A stretch of 64,000 nt of DNA from Omnitrophica WOR_2 bacterium (lineage in GTDB: Bacteria > Bacteroidota > Bacteroidia > Bacteroidales > Lentimicrobiaceae). Where the stretch lies: the NCBI GenBank assembly GCA_050259095.1, contig JBLMZZ010000162.1:4667-68666 (forward strand), written 5' to 3'. The translations under genes were made by a program, and so were the position numbers. Positions 39,169-48,736 of the stretch are shown in pieces. Below the pieces are notes generated by a model. The model was not told the DNA's origin. It made no database searches and saw nothing but the letters and a program-made list of their open reading frames with translations. The stretch's first letter is position 1, and each line of letters begins with the position of its first letter.

Positions 39169-39293
39169 GTTATTTATACTCTAACCATACTTTAAATGGT
39201 ATTAAATCATGTGCTCTAATAAAAAAGTAGTTAGCAGAATCATTACTGAATTACTATTAAGATAGCTAATTAGGAAAAAATTTAAAGGAGAAT

Positions 39294-39319
39294 AAAAAAA
39301 GCTGCCCTTTTGAGGCAGC
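39294..39319 (-). terminator. Intrinsic terminator of the DUF1015 / small HTH unit
   Basis: Minus strand GCTGCC-TCAAAAG-GGCAGC then TTTTTTT. Confidence 0.85.
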
Positions 39320-39347
39320 CTTAAATTTGAAATAAAATAAAATCAGA

Positions 39348-39527
39348 TTACTTTTTTACGGTATAAAAGCAAACTTTTGGAGATATAACTTTTTCGGCCT
39401 GTTTGAGTTTTTTGATAACTGAATCAACATCTTTTTTATCAAGATTTGCCAGTTCAGCAATCTGAGCAGACTTTAAAGGTGCTTCTGATTTCTTCAGAAC
39501 TTCTAATACTAAATCTTCTTTTTCCAT
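39348..39527 (-). CDS. Small winged-helix (MarR-like) protein, 59 aa
   Basis: Not in ORF track. MEKEDLVLEVLKKSEAPLKSAQIAELANLDKKDVDSVIKKLKQAEKVISPKVCFYTVKK; 18 nt downstream of the DUF1015 stop and followed by a terminator. Confidence 0.85.
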   Translation of the reverse strand: MEKEDLVLEVLKKSEAPLKSAQIAELANLDKKDVDSVIKKLKQAEKVISPKVCFYTVKK

Positions 39528-39544
39528 ATAATGTGTGTGTTAAG

Positions 39545-40792
39545 TTAGTCAAGCAAATGTACTACTAATCCACTTCTTAATTTAGGTTCAAACCAGGTTG
39601 TTTTTGGAGGCATTATATTACCGGTATCGGCAATATCTATTAGTTGTTCCAATGATACAGGGTAGAGAGCAAATGCTACAGCCATTTCGCCAATATCTAC
39701 GCGCTTTTTTAATTCACCTAATCCTCTGATGCCACCAACAAAATCAATGCGTTTAGAAGTCCTGAGATCTTTTATGTCGAGTATCTGATCAAGAACGAGT
39801 TGTGATAAAATCGTAACATCTAAAACACCAATAGGATCATTGTCATTATAAGTACCTTCACGAGCAGTTAATGAATACCATTTGTTATCGATATACATAC
39901 TGAAAGTATGCAAACGATTAGGTTTAAAAATCTCTGTACCTTTTTCTTCAATGATAAATACTTTTTCAAGTTTATTGAAAAATTCTTCCTTCGAAAGGTT
40001 GTTCAGGTCTTTAATTACACGGTTATAATCAATAATAGTTAATTGATCAGATGGGAAATGCACTGCAAGAAAGAAGTTATATTCTTCATCGCCTTTATGG
40101 TTTGGATTACTCATTTTCTTTTCTTTCCCAACTAAAGCAGCGGCAGCAGTTCTATGATGGCCGTCGGCAACATAGGTATATGGTACTTTGCTAAACAAGT
40201 CAGTTAACTGCTTAATGGTAGCTTTGTCGCGAATAACCCAAAAATGATGACCAAAACCATCAACAGCAGTGAAATTATATTCAGGTTGTTGATTGGTAAC
40301 AATCTCACTAACAATCTCATCAATCTCTTTAACTGAAGGATATGTAAAGAAAACAGGTTCCATATTTGCATTGGTAACTCTAACATGCTTCATTCTGTCT
40401 TCTTCTTTATCAGCACGGGTAAGTTCGTGTTTTTTAATAATTCCAGACAGATAGTCTTCAACGCCTGCACAACCAACCAGACCATACTGTGTTCTACCGT
40501 TCATTGTTTGAGCATAGATATAAAGGTATTCCTCTTTATCCTGATCAAGCCATTTGTTTGCGCGGAATTTGTCGAGATTAATTTTTGCCTGATTGTATAC
40601 TTCCGGAGCATGTTCATCAATGTCGGCCGGAAGATCTATTTCAGGTTTAATAATGTGTAGTAAAGAATAAGGATTACCATGTGCTTCTATTCTGGCTTCA
40701 ACGGAATTCAATACATCATAAGGACGTGAAGCAAGTTTTTCAGCAATGTTTTGAGGTGGACGTAATCCTTTGAATGGTCTAAGTATTGCCAT
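39545..40792 (-). CDS. DUF1015 family protein
   Basis: LASRPYDV, IKKHELTR..KE.DR, ANMEPVF, YVADGHHR, IMPPKTTWFEPKLRSGL. Confidence 0.95.
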   Translation of the reverse strand: MAILRPFKGLRPPQNIAEKLASRPYDVLNSVEARIEAHGNPYSLLHIIKPEIDLPADIDEHAPEVYNQAKINLDKFRANKWLDQDKEEYLYIYAQTMNGRTQYGLVGCAGVEDYLSGIIKKHELTRADKEEDRMKHVRVTNANMEPVFFTYPSVKEIDEIVSEIVTNQQPEYNFTAVDGFGHHFWVIRDKATIKQLTDLFSKVPYTYVADGHHRTAAAALVGKEKKMSNPNHKGDEEYNFFLAVHFPSDQLTIIDYNRVIKDLNNLSKEEFFNKLEKVFIIEEKGTEIFKPNRLHTFSMYIDNKWYSLTAREGTYNDNDPIGVLDVTILSQLVLDQILDIKDLRTSKRIDFVGGIRGLGELKKRVDIGEMAVAFALYPVSLEQLIDIADTGNIMPPKTTWFEPKLRSGLVVHLLD

Positions 40793-40865
40793 GCTATTAA
40801 AGTTTAAAATTAGAGTTTGTACAAATCATGGAATATCACGGTGAAGCGGTATTCAGAATATGAAG

Positions 40866-40873
40866 CAAATTTA
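40866..40873 (-). promoter_or_regulatory. -7 promoter element for DUF1015
   Basis: TAAATTTG on minus, just after the terminator at 40892-40923. Confidence 0.6.
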
Positions 40874-40891
40874 TCAATATAATTCTAAACG

Positions 40892-40923
40892 AAAAAAATG
40901 TTCTGCGTTAAACAGAACATTTT
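40892..40923 (-). terminator. Intrinsic terminator after the four-helix-bundle gene
   Basis: AAAATGTTCTG-CGTTAAA-CAGAACATTTT with a flanking A-tract (T-tract on minus). Confidence 0.8.
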
Positions 40924-40993
40924 CTTAATAATCTAAAACAAAAGCTTGTAAGTCAGATTGTTTCTATAAAAACAGATCAACCAATCAGGATAA

Positions 40994-41404
40994 CTAATCT
41001 ACATCTTCCATGTTGAGATCAGCGGCTCTTTGAAGTGACCCAATCAGTGCCCCGATCATTTTGGTCATTTCCATAAGTTGCCCTCTTGATTCTTCAACTT
41101 CTTTATCAGAAAAGTAATGTAACTTCCCGGCAAGAGAAGTATAGACAACACATTCTCTAACAGCACTTTTTGCCATTTTAAGATAATAGATAAACTGATT
41201 CTTATTTCTGGCAGAACCTTCAGATATGTTTAATGCTATAGCCTGAGCAGCAAGATTAAATCTTGACGAAAAACCTGCCTGGCTTTCAGAAGGAAATTTG
41301 AACGTTTTTCGAGCAATCCACTCAATATAATCAAGTGATTTGTGATAAATGCGCAGATCTTCAAATCTGAAGAACGTAACTACTTTTTCGAGTTCAGTAT
41401 CCAT
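40994..41404 (-). CDS. Four-helix-bundle protein (23S rRNA IVP / bAvd-like family)
   Basis: FRFEDLRIYHKS, FP.E, SIALNISEG-like (AIALNISEG), YLKMAKSAVRE; start at ATG 41404. Confidence 0.88.
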   Translation of the reverse strand: MDTELEKVVTFFRFEDLRIYHKSLDYIEWIARKTFKFPSESQAGFSSRFNLAAQAIALNISEGSARNKNQFIYYLKMAKSAVRECVVYTSLAGKLHYFSDKEVEESRGQLMEMTKMIGALIGSLQRAADLNMEDVD

Positions 41405-41482
41405 AATCAATAGCTTTTTGTTGGTTGTGTTAAGTGTGTATAGGTCCGTGGTCAATACCGGTCTGCCCAACCGGGTAAAACA

Positions 41483-42424
41483 TTAACTTACTTTGTTCAT
41501 TACTTTATTTACCTGATAAGTGGTTATTCCTTTTTCAAGAAAATCAACAATTTGTTTTGCAGCTGCTAAACCGGCATTGATGTTTGCTTCTGAAGTCTGA
41601 GCACCCATCTTTTTAGGTGTAAAGAAAAATCTGCCTTTAAACCTCTCAACAAATAGGTTTTTGTTGTCGGGCTCAATATCACTCAAATACTTAAAATCAG
41701 GTCTATCTTCGAATATTTTAACCATTCCTTCTTCATCAATCACTTCCTTCCGTGCAGTATTTACCAATACGGCCCCTTTTGGCATAAGTTTTAACAAATC
41801 ATAACCAATAGATTTCTTTGTTTGTGCGTTTGCCGGGATATGAAGTGATACATACTGACATTTTGAATAAAGTTCTTCAACAGTTTGTATAGGTTTAACA
41901 CCGTCTTTAATCATATCCTCAGGTTTTACAAAAGGATCGAAGGCATAAATTTCCATTCCAAATCCTTTTGCAATAGTGGCAACATATTTACCAACATTGC
42001 CATAAGCATGAATACCTAAAGATTTACCCCTTAATTCAGTTCCTGAAGTACCATCAAATGTATTACGAGCCATAAAAACCATCATTCCTAATGCTAGTTC
42101 AGCAACTGCATTTGAATTCTGACCTGGTGTATTCATTGCAACAACATTATTTTCTGAAGCAGCTGTCAAATCTATATTGTCATATCCTGCACCTGCACGA
42201 ACGACAATCTTTAGATTCTTACCTGCCTCGATAACTTCTTTATCAACAATATCACTCCTTATTATTACAGCATCAACATCTGCAATTGCAGTTAGAAGAT
42301 CTGTTTTAGCAGTGTACTTTTCTAGAAGTTTTAATTCATAACCAGCAGTTTCAACAATTTGACGGATTCCATCGACTGCAACTTTTGCGAATGGTTTATC
42401 AGTTGCTACGAGTACTTTTTTCAT
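41483..42424 (-). CDS. serA: D-3-phosphoglycerate dehydrogenase (short form)
   Basis: IIRSD, VRAGAGYDNID, MNTPGQNSNAVAEL, LHIP, NTARKEV, GAQTSEAN. Confidence 0.9.
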   Translation of the reverse strand: MKKVLVATDKPFAKVAVDGIRQIVETAGYELKLLEKYTAKTDLLTAIADVDAVIIRSDIVDKEVIEAGKNLKIVVRAGAGYDNIDLTAASENNVVAMNTPGQNSNAVAELALGMMVFMARNTFDGTSGTELRGKSLGIHAYGNVGKYVATIAKGFGMEIYAFDPFVKPEDMIKDGVKPIQTVEELYSKCQYVSLHIPANAQTKKSIGYDLLKLMPKGAVLVNTARKEVIDEEGMVKIFEDRPDFKYLSDIEPDNKNLFVERFKGRFFFTPKKMGAQTSEANINAGLAAAKQIVDFLEKGITTYQVNKVMNKVS

Positions 42425-42618
42425 GATTTAGTAAAATTTTAGAATTAATGTATAAAAGTAGGGAGATTATTTCCTAATACCAAATTTATTAAGCAAAATA
42501 TGTTCAGTTTCGTGCAAAATATTATTCTAATGTACAATATCGAACAGAAGCCCTGCCATTCGCTTTGTTCAAGTACCTGATAGTACTAGTTCTATCTAAC
42601 ATTTATGAATATAAGAAT

Positions 42619-43251
42619 TTATTTTCTGTAGTTCGAAAGCATATTTATCTGTTCAGGTGAGAGGTAATTCATTTCTTTATTCCCGGATAATATAATATTA
42701 CATGCTAATTCAAAGAATACTGCCTTTTGAAATGCGTCCTTATAATTTTTACCGACTGCTACTTGACCGTGATTCTGTAATTGTATAATACCTGCTGATA
42801 TTGAAGCCCCGGCAACTGCAAGAGCTAATTCTTCTGATCCGGGCATTATATAAGGTATGTGAGCGATACTACCTATATAAATTGGAACTTCTATAATGAC
42901 ATTATAATTAATTTCATTTACTTGCCAGCAAGCGAGCGCTGTTGCAGCAGGTGATTGAAAATGAAGAACTGTACTTACTTCAGGATTTTGTGCAAATATG
43001 GCTAAATGTAAAGGCAATTCCCCTGTTGGTTTACTTCCCTGAATTACTTTACGTTCAATAGGATCAAATTGAATTACCTGTTTTGGTTTCAATTCACTAA
43101 GCCAGGAACGTGTTTCAGTGACAAGTATAGTGCTGTCATTTAAGCGATGAGAAAGATTGCCACTACTGCATTTAGCTAATCCATAGTATCCAACCTTCCT
43201 TGACCAGCGAACAAACTTCTTAATTTCCTTATCAAGATCCTTATTAATCAT
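42619..43251 (-). CDS. Class II aldolase/adducin family protein
   Basis: CSSGNLSHR, KPTGELPLH, VLHFQSP, LQNHG. Confidence 0.88.
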   Translation of the reverse strand: MINKDLDKEIKKFVRWSRKVGYYGLAKCSSGNLSHRLNDSTILVTETRSWLSELKPKQVIQFDPIERKVIQGSKPTGELPLHLAIFAQNPEVSTVLHFQSPAATALACWQVNEINYNVIIEVPIYIGSIAHIPYIMPGSEELALAVAGASISAGIIQLQNHGQVAVGKNYKDAFQKAVFFELACNIILSGNKEMNYLSPEQINMLSNYRK

Positions 43252-43298
43252 TTATTATTCTTTAAGTGATTTAACGATATCAATATTCAGGTCACCAT

Positions 43299-46244
43299 TT
43301 AAAACCCTATATTGATCTCATCCGAGAACACCCATGCAGGATACCCAAAACCTTTATGCCCAACTGGACAATTCTTTATACTAACAGCTTTAAGCTTTAA
43401 ATATTTATCATTAATTGCCGGAAATTTAAAATTGAAATCTTTTATTATAGTTCCCCATTTATCCTGAGGAATATCATTATTGACAGCACCAATGAAGGTG
43501 TAATTTTTACCATCAGGTGAACTCCATAACTCTATTTTCTCAGGCATGAAAATCCATGCATTAATATCCTGAAGGAAACCCATCTGCAATGATGTTACAG
43601 GTTTTTGATTGGTAACTGTTATAATTGCTTCAATATCTTTACCTTCATATCCTTGCCATCCTCCTAATTTATAATCTTCACTACCTTTAATACCATCGAT
43701 CAGAGTATTTTCTCCGTTACCGGAATACTGAGGAGCGTAAGTGCTTAACAACTGTAAATTAATTCCGGCAGGTCTTTTTGTAAAAACAGATTGTTGAACA
43801 GGTGAAGGAACACAATTACTTTTATATCCCCTGAAGTTAACTATTGTAGTTTCAGTTATGGTAAATGGAGCACTATATAGTGCTGAATGATCAGTAACCT
43901 CTGAACCATCAATGGTGTATCTGATTTCAGCATCGTCTGATGTTCTGATGTCAACTATGGCTGAATCATCAAAAAGTTGATCAGCTTTGCCTATATAAGG
44001 AGCAACCGTTATCTTTTGAGAATCAATCGCTGTAACAGGAATATCAGCTTCAGATGAGCCCCAAGCTTTATTTGGTTTATTCCCCATAGTTAAAGTTAAA
44101 TTACCACCATTAATGATATCTTCTTGCATTATAAATGATTTGGTGTAGGGGACACCGTTCAATGTTGCTGATTGGATGTAGATATTTTTATCTGACAGGT
44201 TTATAGCATTGATGGTAAATTGCTTGCCATTTTCAAGATTGATTGTCACTTCATCAAAGGAAGGTTTACCAATAAGATATTGATTAGTACCCGGACAAAC
44301 GGAATAAAAACCCATTGAACTTAGTACAGCCCATGCTGACATTTGTCCACAGTCTTCATTACCAATGAGTCCGTCAGGTTCATTCTTGTAAAAATTTTTG
44401 ATGATATGATCTACTTTTTGCTGTGTTTTCCATGGCTGTCCAACAAAATTATAAAGATAAGCTATGTGGTGACTTGGTTCATTGCCATGAGCATATTGCC
44501 CGATAAGTCCCGTAATATCAGATTGATCACGACCTGTAGTTGCGGTTGGTGCAGTAAATAGAGCATCAAGTTTAGAAGCAAGAGCATCTTTACCTCCATG
44601 CATAGCAATAAAATTCTGCATGTCGTGAGGTACATAAAAACTATATTGCCAGGAATTTGCCTCAGTATAATTGAAATTTACCTCACGAGGATCAAAAGGA
44701 AGAAACCATGAACCATTATAACGAGCCCGCATAAATCCTGATTCTTTATCAAATATATTTTTATATGACTGGGCCCGAAGCATAAACTGGTTACTCACGT
44801 CGGGATGATTCATTTTACCCGCCACAGCGGCAATACACCAATCATCATAAGCATATTCCAATGTTTTAGAAACCGATTCCGACTCCATATTGGCCGGAAT
44901 AAAGCCATACTTTTTATAGTACTTCAATCCGGCATTATCTTTATTTGCACTTGCTAACATTGCTTTGAAAGCAACTTCGGTATCATAATCACGAATACCT
45001 TTAAGGTAAGCATCGGCAATTACAGGCACTGCATGATACCCAATCATACACCATGTTTCATTAGAGGACAGTTCCCATACCGGCAATAATCCTCCTTCAA
45101 GATATTGATTTATAAAAGTTCTAATAAAATCATTAGTCCTTTTTTGATCTATTATTGTCATTAGTGGATGGAATGCACGGTAAGTATCCCACAAAGAAAA
45201 AACAGTATAATAATCGTGATCGGTCTTATGCTCTTGTAAATCACGCCCTAAATATGACCCATTTACATCACTATATAAATTAGGACTGATCATAGTATGA
45301 TAGAGAGCAGTATAGAAAACTTTGAGGAGTTCATCGTTGTTTGACTTTACTAGTATCTTGCTCAATTCCTTATTCCAGAGTGCATTGGCATTTGATTTAG
45401 TTTTTTCAAAATCCCAATCGGGTATTTCAGCATCAAGGTTCATTCTGGCATTTTCAGCACTAATAGCAGAAATACCGATTTTTATTAATAATGGCTCACT
45501 ATTTCCTTTTCCGAAATAAAGTATTGCTTTTACATTTTTGCCTTTAGTTAATCCTTCCTTGTTTACAAGATCATCATCAAGAGCAAATAATGAAGTATTA
45601 ATTTTTTTAGAAAATTTTGCAACAAAATATACTTTCTGATCCTCTGCCCAAGAGGATGATTCTCTATATCCTTCAATTTCATGATCATTTACCAGTTTTA
45701 TCCAGGAGTCAAGTACAAGATCTCTATGTGCCAAATCAATTAATACTTTCTCCTCAACACCATTTTGAAAGAGGTACGAATGAAATCCGGCCCTTGCAGT
45801 AGCAGTCAATTCAGCATTAATGTTATCATCCTCAAGTTTTACACGATAATAACCCGGTGCAGCGGTTTCATCAGAATGACTAAACTTACTTCTATATCCC
45901 GGATTACCATCAGATCCATTATTCCAATGATCTTCACCTGTAAATGGCATAAACAAAATGTCACCATAATCAGGTATACCGGTGCCACTAAGATGAGTAT
46001 GACTGAAACCATAAATATAATTATCAGAATAATGATAACCACCACAACCATCCCAACCTTCAAGACGTGTATCGGGACTTAATTGCACCATTCCAAAAGG
46101 AACTGTTGCTCCGGGAAATGTATGTCCATGACCACCAGTTCCAATAAAAGGATTTACATAATTAGTGGGTTGGAATTGTGAATAGCATTTACCGGGCATT
46201 GATATACTCAGGGCTACCAAAAAGATAAGAATCAACGATCTCAT
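43299..46244 (-). CDS. GH92 alpha-mannosidase with C-terminal FN3-like and discoidin-like domains
   Basis: YVNPFIGTGGHGHTFPGA, GFSHTHLSGTG, SLWDTYRA, SKTLEYAYDD, YAHGNEPSHH, GNEDCGQMSAW. Confidence 0.95.
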   Translation of the reverse strand: MRSLILIFLVALSISMPGKCYSQFQPTNYVNPFIGTGGHGHTFPGATVPFGMVQLSPDTRLEGWDGCGGYHYSDNYIYGFSHTHLSGTGIPDYGDILFMPFTGEDHWNNGSDGNPGYRSKFSHSDETAAPGYYRVKLEDDNINAELTATARAGFHSYLFQNGVEEKVLIDLAHRDLVLDSWIKLVNDHEIEGYRESSSWAEDQKVYFVAKFSKKINTSLFALDDDLVNKEGLTKGKNVKAILYFGKGNSEPLLIKIGISAISAENARMNLDAEIPDWDFEKTKSNANALWNKELSKILVKSNNDELLKVFYTALYHTMISPNLYSDVNGSYLGRDLQEHKTDHDYYTVFSLWDTYRAFHPLMTIIDQKRTNDFIRTFINQYLEGGLLPVWELSSNETWCMIGYHAVPVIADAYLKGIRDYDTEVAFKAMLASANKDNAGLKYYKKYGFIPANMESESVSKTLEYAYDDWCIAAVAGKMNHPDVSNQFMLRAQSYKNIFDKESGFMRARYNGSWFLPFDPREVNFNYTEANSWQYSFYVPHDMQNFIAMHGGKDALASKLDALFTAPTATTGRDQSDITGLIGQYAHGNEPSHHIAYLYNFVGQPWKTQQKVDHIIKNFYKNEPDGLIGNEDCGQMSAWAVLSSMGFYSVCPGTNQYLIGKPSFDEVTINLENGKQFTINAINLSDKNIYIQSATLNGVPYTKSFIMQEDIINGGNLTLTMGNKPNKAWGSSEADIPVTAIDSQKITVAPYIGKADQLFDDSAIVDIRTSDDAEIRYTIDGSEVTDHSALYSAPFTITETTIVNFRGYKSNCVPSPVQQSVFTKRPAGINLQLLSTYAPQYSGNGENTLIDGIKGSEDYKLGGWQGYEGKDIEAIITVTNQKPVTSLQMGFLQDINAWIFMPEKIELWSSPDGKNYTFIGAVNNDIPQDKWGTIIKDFNFKFPAINDKYLKLKAVSIKNCPVGHKGFGYPAWVFSDEINIGF

Positions 46245-46422
46245 AACTGTTCTTTTAACTTACTAAAACGAAGAAATTGATGGATTATAAAGGGTAACTA
46301 TAAACCACCAAAGTTATGAATCATTTTACATCAAAACTATAGTAATTTGAATCGTTATAAATCAATTTCGATTGCATGAATCTAAGAAGTACCTAGCTAT
46401 TTGGGAAGTAGGCACGCTCGGA

Positions 46423-47166
46423 TTAAACAGAAAAAGAGGCAGCAATTGAGCAGATCAATTCAACTTTTGTGAAATCGGTTAAGGGGAATGAATTGGGAAA
46501 TACGTCATTAAGATTGATGTTTTCAACTTTCATTTTACCTGAGAATTCTGTTGTTGCAGAGAGGTGATATTCTTTACAGCGTGTAGCTTCAATTAATTCA
46601 ACTATGTTCTTTTCATTGATTCCCGAGCCGGGCATAATGATTATTCGACCACTTGCCTGTTTCATTAATTCTGAGATCACTAAGCTACCCGATGTAGCGG
46701 TTTTATGTCCCCCGGAAGTTAAGATTCGTTCACAACCAAGATTAATAATATCTTCAAGTGCCTGATACTGGTCTTTCACCATATCAAATGCCCTGTGAAA
46801 AGTAACAGGTAAGGGATTGCACATTTCAATCACTTCTTTCATTCTGCAAGTATCAACTGTAGCATCTGAATTGAGCATTCCAATTACAATACCCGCTGCA
46901 CCGGCAACTTTAGCGGAAAAGATATCTGATTTTATCACATCATATTCTGAACGCGAATAAAGAAAATCACCTGATCTGGGCCTAATAAGGACATTGACAG
47001 GAATTTCCAGATGTGAAATAGCAAATTCCATGAGGCCTTTTGAAGGTGTTAACCCTCCGGCACATAAAGCGCTGCAAAGCTCAATTCTATCAGCACCACC
47101 TTTTTGAGCGATAAGAGCTGATTCAACATTATCAACACATATCTCAATATTGATCTTCGTATTCAT
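46423..47166 (-). CDS. cutC: CutC family TIM-barrel protein
   Basis: IEICVD, GADRIELC, GGLTPS, IRPRSGDF, TFHRAFD, RILTSGG, IMPGSG; start at ATG 47166. Confidence 0.93.
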   Translation of the reverse strand: MNTKINIEICVDNVESALIAQKGGADRIELCSALCAGGLTPSKGLMEFAISHLEIPVNVLIRPRSGDFLYSRSEYDVIKSDIFSAKVAGAAGIVIGMLNSDATVDTCRMKEVIEMCNPLPVTFHRAFDMVKDQYQALEDIINLGCERILTSGGHKTATSGSLVISELMKQASGRIIIMPGSGINEKNIVELIEATRCKEYHLSATTEFSGKMKVENINLNDVFPNSFPLTDFTKVELICSIAASFSV

Positions 47167-47245
47167 GGCAGCAAAATTATAGTAAAAATTGGGCTTTTTG
47201 CCATAAGTTTGCACTAATAATAATTAATCATAAAATCGCAGTTTA

Positions 47246-48646
47246 ATGAAGAAAATAGCAATGGTCATCATTATGATGATTTCTACTTTAGCAATTAGTG
47301 CTCAAGATGTTATTGGTAGCTGGCATGGTTTATTAAAAGTGTCTGGAATTGAACTTAGAATTTCATTCAATATTAGTCAAAACAATGGCGTCTATTCTTC
47401 TACAATGGACAGTCCTGATCAGGGAGCATTTGGAATAGCCATGACTTCAACAGAAATAAACGACAATGGTGTTAAAATTACTTATGCAGCTGCTTCCATT
47501 GTTTATAACGGTACAGTAAAATCAAATGAATTAATCACAGGAACTTTTACACAGGGAGGAATGGATATTCCTCTCGATTTATCTCGCACGCTGCCTGAGA
47601 AAGAAGTTGTTAAAAGAACGCAGGAACCTGTGAAGCCTTATCCATATTATTCAGAGGAAGTTAAGGTTGATAACAAATTGGATTCTGTGATTTTAGCCGG
47701 TACACTAACACTTCCTTCGCGTGAGGGTAAGTATCCTGTTGTTATTCTTATTTCGGGAAGTGGACCTCAAAACAGAGATGAAGAATTACTAAATCATAAA
47801 CCTTTTCTGGTTTTATCGGATTATTTAACACGTAATGGAATTGGTGTATTTCGTTATGATGATCGTGGAACAGCAAGCTCAACTGGTAATTATAATAGTG
47901 CTACCACCGAAGATTTTGCACGCGATGTTAATGCTATTGTTGAATATCTAATGACCAGAAAAGAAATAGATCACGCTCATATTGGATTGATTGGACATAG
48001 TGAGGGAGGTATAATTGCACCCATGGTAGCTAGTAAATCAAAAGATGTTTCATTTATTGTTATGATGGCTGGAACCGGTATTCCGGGCAATGAACTATTG
48101 CTACTCCAACAGGAAGCCATATTAAAAGTATCGGGTGAAAAAGAAGCGCAAATCAAGGAAATGACTACCTTTAACAAGGAGATATTCAATATTATTTTAA
48201 ACGAATCAAACGATGATTCAATTACTTCTCAACTAACTGCATACATTAAAAAGGTGAGCAAGTCAAATCCTGAATGGATGAGTTCAAACAAATTAGATGA
48301 AGAATCTTTGATACAAATGACAGTTAAGTCTATTGATACTCCGTGGATGAAGTATTTTATTAGGCATAACCCGGCACTGGTACTTCAAAAAGTAAAATGT
48401 CCGGTCTTGGCAATCAATGGTTCAAAAGACTTACAAGTTCCACCAAAAGAAAACCTTGCAGCAATTAAGAAGGCACTTGATCTTGCCGGTAATTCAAAAG
48501 TTACCATAAAAGAACTACCCGGTCTTAATCACCTGTTCCAGGAATGTACAACAGGAAATCCATCTGAATATTCACAGATTGATCAGACTATTTCACCAGT
48601 TGCTCTTGAAGAGATATGCGGATGGATTAAAAGAACAGTGTTATAG
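47246..48646 (+). CDS. Secreted alpha/beta hydrolase (peptidase S9/S15-like)
   Basis: Signal peptide, ISGSGPQNRD, RYDDRG, GHSEGG nucleophile elbow, G..DLQV, LNHLFQ. Confidence 0.88.
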   Translation: MKKIAMVIIMMISTLAISAQDVIGSWHGLLKVSGIELRISFNISQNNGVYSSTMDSPDQGAFGIAMTSTEINDNGVKITYAAASIVYNGTVKSNELITGTFTQGGMDIPLDLSRTLPEKEVVKRTQEPVKPYPYYSEEVKVDNKLDSVILAGTLTLPSREGKYPVVILISGSGPQNRDEELLNHKPFLVLSDYLTRNGIGVFRYDDRGTASSTGNYNSATTEDFARDVNAIVEYLMTRKEIDHAHIGLIGHSEGGIIAPMVASKSKDVSFIVMMAGTGIPGNELLLLQQEAILKVSGEKEAQIKEMTTFNKEIFNIILNESNDDSITSQLTAYIKKVSKSNPEWMSSNKLDEESLIQMTVKSIDTPWMKYFIRHNPALVLQKVKCPVLAINGSKDLQVPPKENLAAIKKALDLAGNSKVTIKELPGLNHLFQECTTGNPSEYSQIDQTISPVALEEICGWIKRTVL

Positions 48647-48736
48647 AGTAATTGCAGTCAATTTCAAGTTTCAGTTTATTGACTTATAGTTACCAGAAGA
48701 AGTGACATTCCTTTTATTAAAAATTAGTATCTTGCA

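Noticed and set aside
39525-39546. ATATAATGTGTGTGTTAAGTT as a dif site
   Set aside because: It lacks the TTATGTTAAA XerD arm and overlaps the small-gene start region.
40994-41404. Avd-like protein indicating a diversity-generating retroelement
   Set aside because: No reverse transcriptase and no TR/VR repeat pair in the window.
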